From the sequence record SRR31156797_4554: a DNA stretch of 39,001 nt; one strand, written 5' to 3'. The notes below the pieces were generated by a model. It was not told the origin of the DNA and did no database searches. It saw nothing but the letters and a program-made list of their open reading frames with translations. This document shows positions 35,666 to 39,001 of the stretch, piece by piece; position 1 is the first letter of the stretch; the number at the start of each line of letters is the position of its first letter. Made by a program: the position numbers and the translations under genes.

Positions 35666-37171
35666 TCAATGAATCGGTGTGATTCTTGGCTGAATCAGCT
35701 GTTCAATCGTTTTGTGGATGATCGTCCAGTCCGAAAGGGTAGGAACATTGGAAATTCGTAGTTGCTGAAATTTGGTGTTACTTTTCAGATGCAAGTCAAA
35801 ATTGCTAACGATCAAATCAATTTCTCGATGGATCAATTCTTGTTCATCAGGAGCCACTTCAAAAAAATAACTGATTTCTGTATGGTCATTTTTGAATAGC
35901 TCTGTTGATGCGGCTAAAAAGGCATCTAATCCAGCACCACCTTGAAAAGCAAAGGCCACTTTGAGATGCTTTTTCAACTGATTGCTAGAAGAAAGTTCGC
36001 TTAACAAGGTCAACGTAACTGCGACATGCTCTAAGTGAGTAAACGAAAAGAAACGACTTTGTTCATTAAACTGTTTCAACCATTTATTCCAAGCAAGGTA
36101 GTCCGTCTTGAATGTCGCTTCAACAAAGGTTTTGATCTGGGGATCGGCAAATTCGTAATTCGCAGAAATCATCGTTAACAAGCGGAGATTTACGAGATAT
36201 GCGATGATTTTGTGTGATGCTGCAGGAAGGATAGCTATTCCAGGTTTCTTTAAAAAGGCAGCAACTTCTGCGAGAATTTCTGGTTTCTCTGTATGGTGAA
36301 AAATGTAATCCGCCTCGCTTTCCCCATTAATATCCATCGTACTATACGAAATGCAGTGGAGAGCATTGAGGAAGATCCAAAGGAGTTCTTGTTGCGGCAA
36401 GTGGATGATCCGATATTTTTTCAAATAATGTTCGTTTAATATTTTTGAGAAAACAGCGAAGCGTTCTTTCTCTAATAGATTGCGTTCTAAAGACGGTGGC
36501 AATGTCAAAAAGTAAGAATAGCGCCACCTACGCTTGGCAATACTTAGCCATAGGGCAAGTCGATAATGACTGTAATGCAAATCTTTTTTGTTGGCTTCTT
36601 TTGCTTTTTGGACCAGAAGACGCGCATCTGCAGGGCTGTCTTTATCTAAGATCGTGCTATCGCCATAAGCGGAGAAAAAGACAAACAGACAAAAGCGAAT
36701 ATCGGCTTCGGTACCGATAAAATCAAGATGATTCGTTGCGATGGTCACAGAATAGGTTTGTAAAGATTTGTTCATATAACTGATCGTTCGCAACAGATGA
36801 CTGCGGGAATAGCCAAATTCGATCGTTGCTCGGTGAATAGAGTATTTTTTATTATCAATGATACTAGACATGATTTTAAACTCCAACGTTTCCATGCCCA
36901 AAAGCTGAATGGCAGAATTGATTGAAGCATTTGGTGCATACTCAATCGAAACGATGTTGGATCCAGAAAGTTTGATCTTGACCAGATCTTCCGGCAAACT
37001 GTCGCTTAAAATACTTAATTCTTTAGAGACTGTAGGCAAGGAAAGTCCCAATAATGTCGCCAACTCTTGCGGGTGATACCCTGCGGGTGCTGCATTTAGC
37101 ACTTGCAGAATTTTTACTTGACGAGAAAATGCCTTATCTCGATGTAAGTTGATGGATAAATTTTCTAACAT
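35666..37171 (-). CDS. Mga/AtxA-like helix-turn-helix regulator
   Basis: Two N-terminal HTHs (ELATLLGLSLPTVSKEL; GYSRSHLLR), GTEADIR motif, C-terminal DLIVSN. ATG 37171 follows GAGGTG; divergent from a surface protein. Confidence 0.85.
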   Translation of the reverse strand: MLENLSINLHRDKAFSRQVKILQVLNAAPAGYHPQELATLLGLSLPTVSKELSILSDSLPEDLVKIKLSGSNIVSIEYAPNASINSAIQLLGMETLEFKIMSSIIDNKKYSIHRATIEFGYSRSHLLRTISYMNKSLQTYSVTIATNHLDFIGTEADIRFCLFVFFSAYGDSTILDKDSPADARLLVQKAKEANKKDLHYSHYRLALWLSIAKRRWRYSYFLTLPPSLERNLLEKERFAVFSKILNEHYLKKYRIIHLPQQELLWIFLNALHCISYSTMDINGESEADYIFHHTEKPEILAEVAAFLKKPGIAILPAASHKIIAYLVNLRLLTMISANYEFADPQIKTFVEATFKTDYLAWNKWLKQFNEQSRFFSFTHLEHVAVTLTLLSELSSSNQLKKHLKVAFAFQGGAGLDAFLAASTELFKNDHTEISYFFEVAPDEQELIHREIDLIVSNFDLHLKSNTKFQQLRISNVPTLSDWTIIHKTIEQLIQPRITPIH

Positions 37172-37468
37172 TGATGTCACCACCTCTTTCAAGACCCTGT
37201 GGGAGCGATCAGCGATCGAATATAAAAACCATTCGTTTTAAGTAAATTATATAATACTCTGGGCCATTCAAGAAGTCTTATCCCTTGAAAATTGAAGGAA
37301 TTCATGTTAAAGATGCGGCGCCCACATATTTTTGCGAAGGACAGTCATTTAAGGGAGTTATTTTATAGAAAACACCCCTGCCAGTTGCAGTCAACCAAAA
37401 TTTGGACAGATTGGAACGGAAGTAAGTGTGAATAAAGTTTGGAAAAAGAAAAAGGAGAAAAAGTAAAA

Positions 37469-39001
37469 ATGAAAAAACGCGTAGTTATAATTAAGAGTGG
37501 TTTAATAGGGATGCTGATTTTAGGGACAACCTTTCCAAGCACATGGCCGATCGCTCAGGCAACAGAAACACAACAAACAGAGCAGCAAACACCATTCATA
37601 GACTCATCGGTTCCCTTGCTGGCAGATTCAACAGGAAGCATGAACACAGGAGAAAAGACAGATACCCAAGAAGGAAATGCTGACGTCATATCTTCTGAAG
37701 CAACCGAAAGTGAAGTGGTGACCACCACTTCAAACTCAGAAACAAATCAATCTAACGCAGCTGATGCTGCAGAAAAAACTCAAATTTCAGTTACTGCCCC
37801 ATCTGCTGAAACCAATGTAGAATCTACGGATAGTCAACCTCTCGCTGCAGAATCAACGAAGAGTATCGAGAGTTTCAACTACGATCTGACTGTAGAATAT
37901 GATCCGATCAAGTATAAAGCACTGGTTTTGGATTTGCCAATCCCGGAAAAATACGCACACCAAACACTATACCAAGACCCGCAGCTGACAGAAGATTTTT
38001 ATGTCTACAAAACGGATAAGGTATACATGCTAGTGGGACTATGGTATACAAGTGAAGTGACTGGTACCAATCAATTAAATATATCTTGGACAAGCTTCAC
38101 AGGTTTTACGATCAACTATTACGGTTTAACAGCGGTTTTAGAATATACCGACGCTAACGGTAACCTTTTGTTTACAGCAACATATAATATTCGCTTTACA
38201 AATAGCCATCTGACCATTAAATATGTGGATGAGACTGGTATGGAGATCTATCCTTACCAAACGATCAATGATAGTACCAATGAGCCTTATGATGTCTCTA
38301 CAAGTGCGTTTATTCCACAAATTCCGGGGTACATCCTTGATACCAGTCAACTGCCAACGAATGCAAAAGGTGTTCTTCCTCGTGGCGAAGTAACGGTGAC
38401 GTACGTCTATCAAAAAGCACCGACTGACTATACCGATCTGACCGTGAAAGATACCACTATTTATGAACAGGATACATGGACAGCGGCGGATAATTTTGAG
38501 CAAGCTATTTCAAAAGAAGGCAAAACTTTGACTTATGAGGAATTTATTGCTGAGGGTGGTCGTGTTTCCGGACAAGTAGATACTAACAAAGCCGCTACGT
38601 ATAAAATCAGTTATCAATTGAATCATGTGAGTAAAGAAGCAACGATACTCGTAAAACCACGATTCACTGCGATTAAGGTTCATGATTCTTCGATATACGT
38701 CGGCGATGACTGGGCCGCAGAAGATAACTTTGATCAAGCCGTAGATCGGGATAACAACCCAGTTTCGTTTGCGGATGTGAACGTTGAAGGAAGCGTAGAT
38801 ACTAAAAAAACGGGGTCCTATGAGGTAGTTTATCGTTATGATGGAGTAGCATCAAAAGCTGTGATCACCGTCAAAGCTGACCAAACCAAGGTGACTGCCC
38901 ATGACAGCGAGTTGTACACAGGGGACAACTGGAAAGCTAAGGATAATTTCGATAGTGCAACAGATAGAGATGGTTCATCTGTTGATTTTGGGGATATCAC
39001 T
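37469..39001 (+). CDS. Secreted/cell-surface protein with signal peptide, S/T/E-rich linker, MucBP domain and bacterial Ig-like repeats (runs off the window end)
   Basis: Translated by hand, open from ATG 37469 (SD AAGGAG) to the end. MKKRVVIIKSGLIGMLILG...AQA signal; LTIKYVDETG...IPGY...VTVTYVYQK MucBP; three repeats such as HDSSIYVGDDWAAEDNFD...VDTKKTGSYEVVY. Confidence 0.88.
   Translation, partial: MKKRVVIIKSGLIGMLILGTTFPSTWPIAQATETQQTEQQTPFIDSSVPLLADSTGSMNTGEKTDTQEGNADVISSEATESEVVTTTSNSETNQSNAADAAEKTQISVTAPSAETNVESTDSQPLAAESTKSIESFNYDLTVEYDPIKYKALVLDLPIPEKYAHQTLYQDPQLTEDFYVYKTDKVYMLVGLWYTSEVTGTNQLNISWTSFTGFTINYYGLTAVLEYTDANGNLLFTATYNIRFTNSHLTIKYVDETGMEIYPYQTINDSTNEPYDVSTSAFIPQIPGYILDTSQLPTNAKGVLPRGEVTVTYVYQKAPTDYTDLTVKDTTIYEQDTWTAADNFEQAISKEGKTLTYEEFIAEGGRVSGQVDTNKAATYKISYQLNHVSKEATILVKPRFTAIKVHDSSIYVGDDWAAEDNFDQAVDRDNNPVSFADVNVEGSVDTKKTGSYEVVYRYDGVASKAVITVKADQTKVTAHDSELYTGDNWKAKDNFDSATDRDGSSVDFGDIT

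Noticed and set aside
1235-38737. Many 60-175 aa ORFs antisense to or overlapping the main genes (e.g. 14464-14988, 19486-19818, 38138-38503)
   Set aside because: They are shadow ORFs of well-supported genes, with no SD or recognisable motifs.
38420-39001. Repeated sequence units near the window end considered as CRISPR or tandem DNA repeats
   Set aside because: They are degenerate, in-frame Ig-like protein domain repeats. No CRISPR array, tRNA or rRNA was seen anywhere in the window.

Overview
A 39 kb chromosomal segment of a low-GC Firmicute. Gene content and style suggest Enterococcus, possibly the casseliflavus/gallinarum group (inference). Left to right: a probable IS3-family terminal repeat at the edge; an RpiR-regulated GH4 phospho-beta-glucosidase / NagB-like / PTS EIIC operon; a PRD-regulator / ascorbate-family PTS / split-transketolase operon; ydbS-ydbT; a MerR-controlled ABC exporter; a detox-type cluster (two SAM methyltransferases with structured leaders, a GNAT, and a WYL regulator divergent from a GyrI-like + ClbS/DfsB pair); a P-type ATPase; an AraC / GH78 rhamnosidase / MFS locus; an orphan LacI; several small ORFs and an sRNA candidate; a three-gene operon of PAPS-reductase-like IbrA/YbdN + degenerate GNAT-like protein + ParB-like IbrB/YbdM; an orphan LysR; and an Mga-type regulator divergent from a MucBP/Ig-repeat surface protein cut by the window end. 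Best novelty candidates: (1) the IbrA-GNAT-IbrB operon, a possible nucleic-acid modification module; (2) the WYL-GyrI-ClbS module, a possible genotoxin-defence unit; (3) attenuator-like leaders on both methyltransferases; (4) a C-rich-loop sRNA candidate. All family calls come from motif recognition by eye, without database searches.
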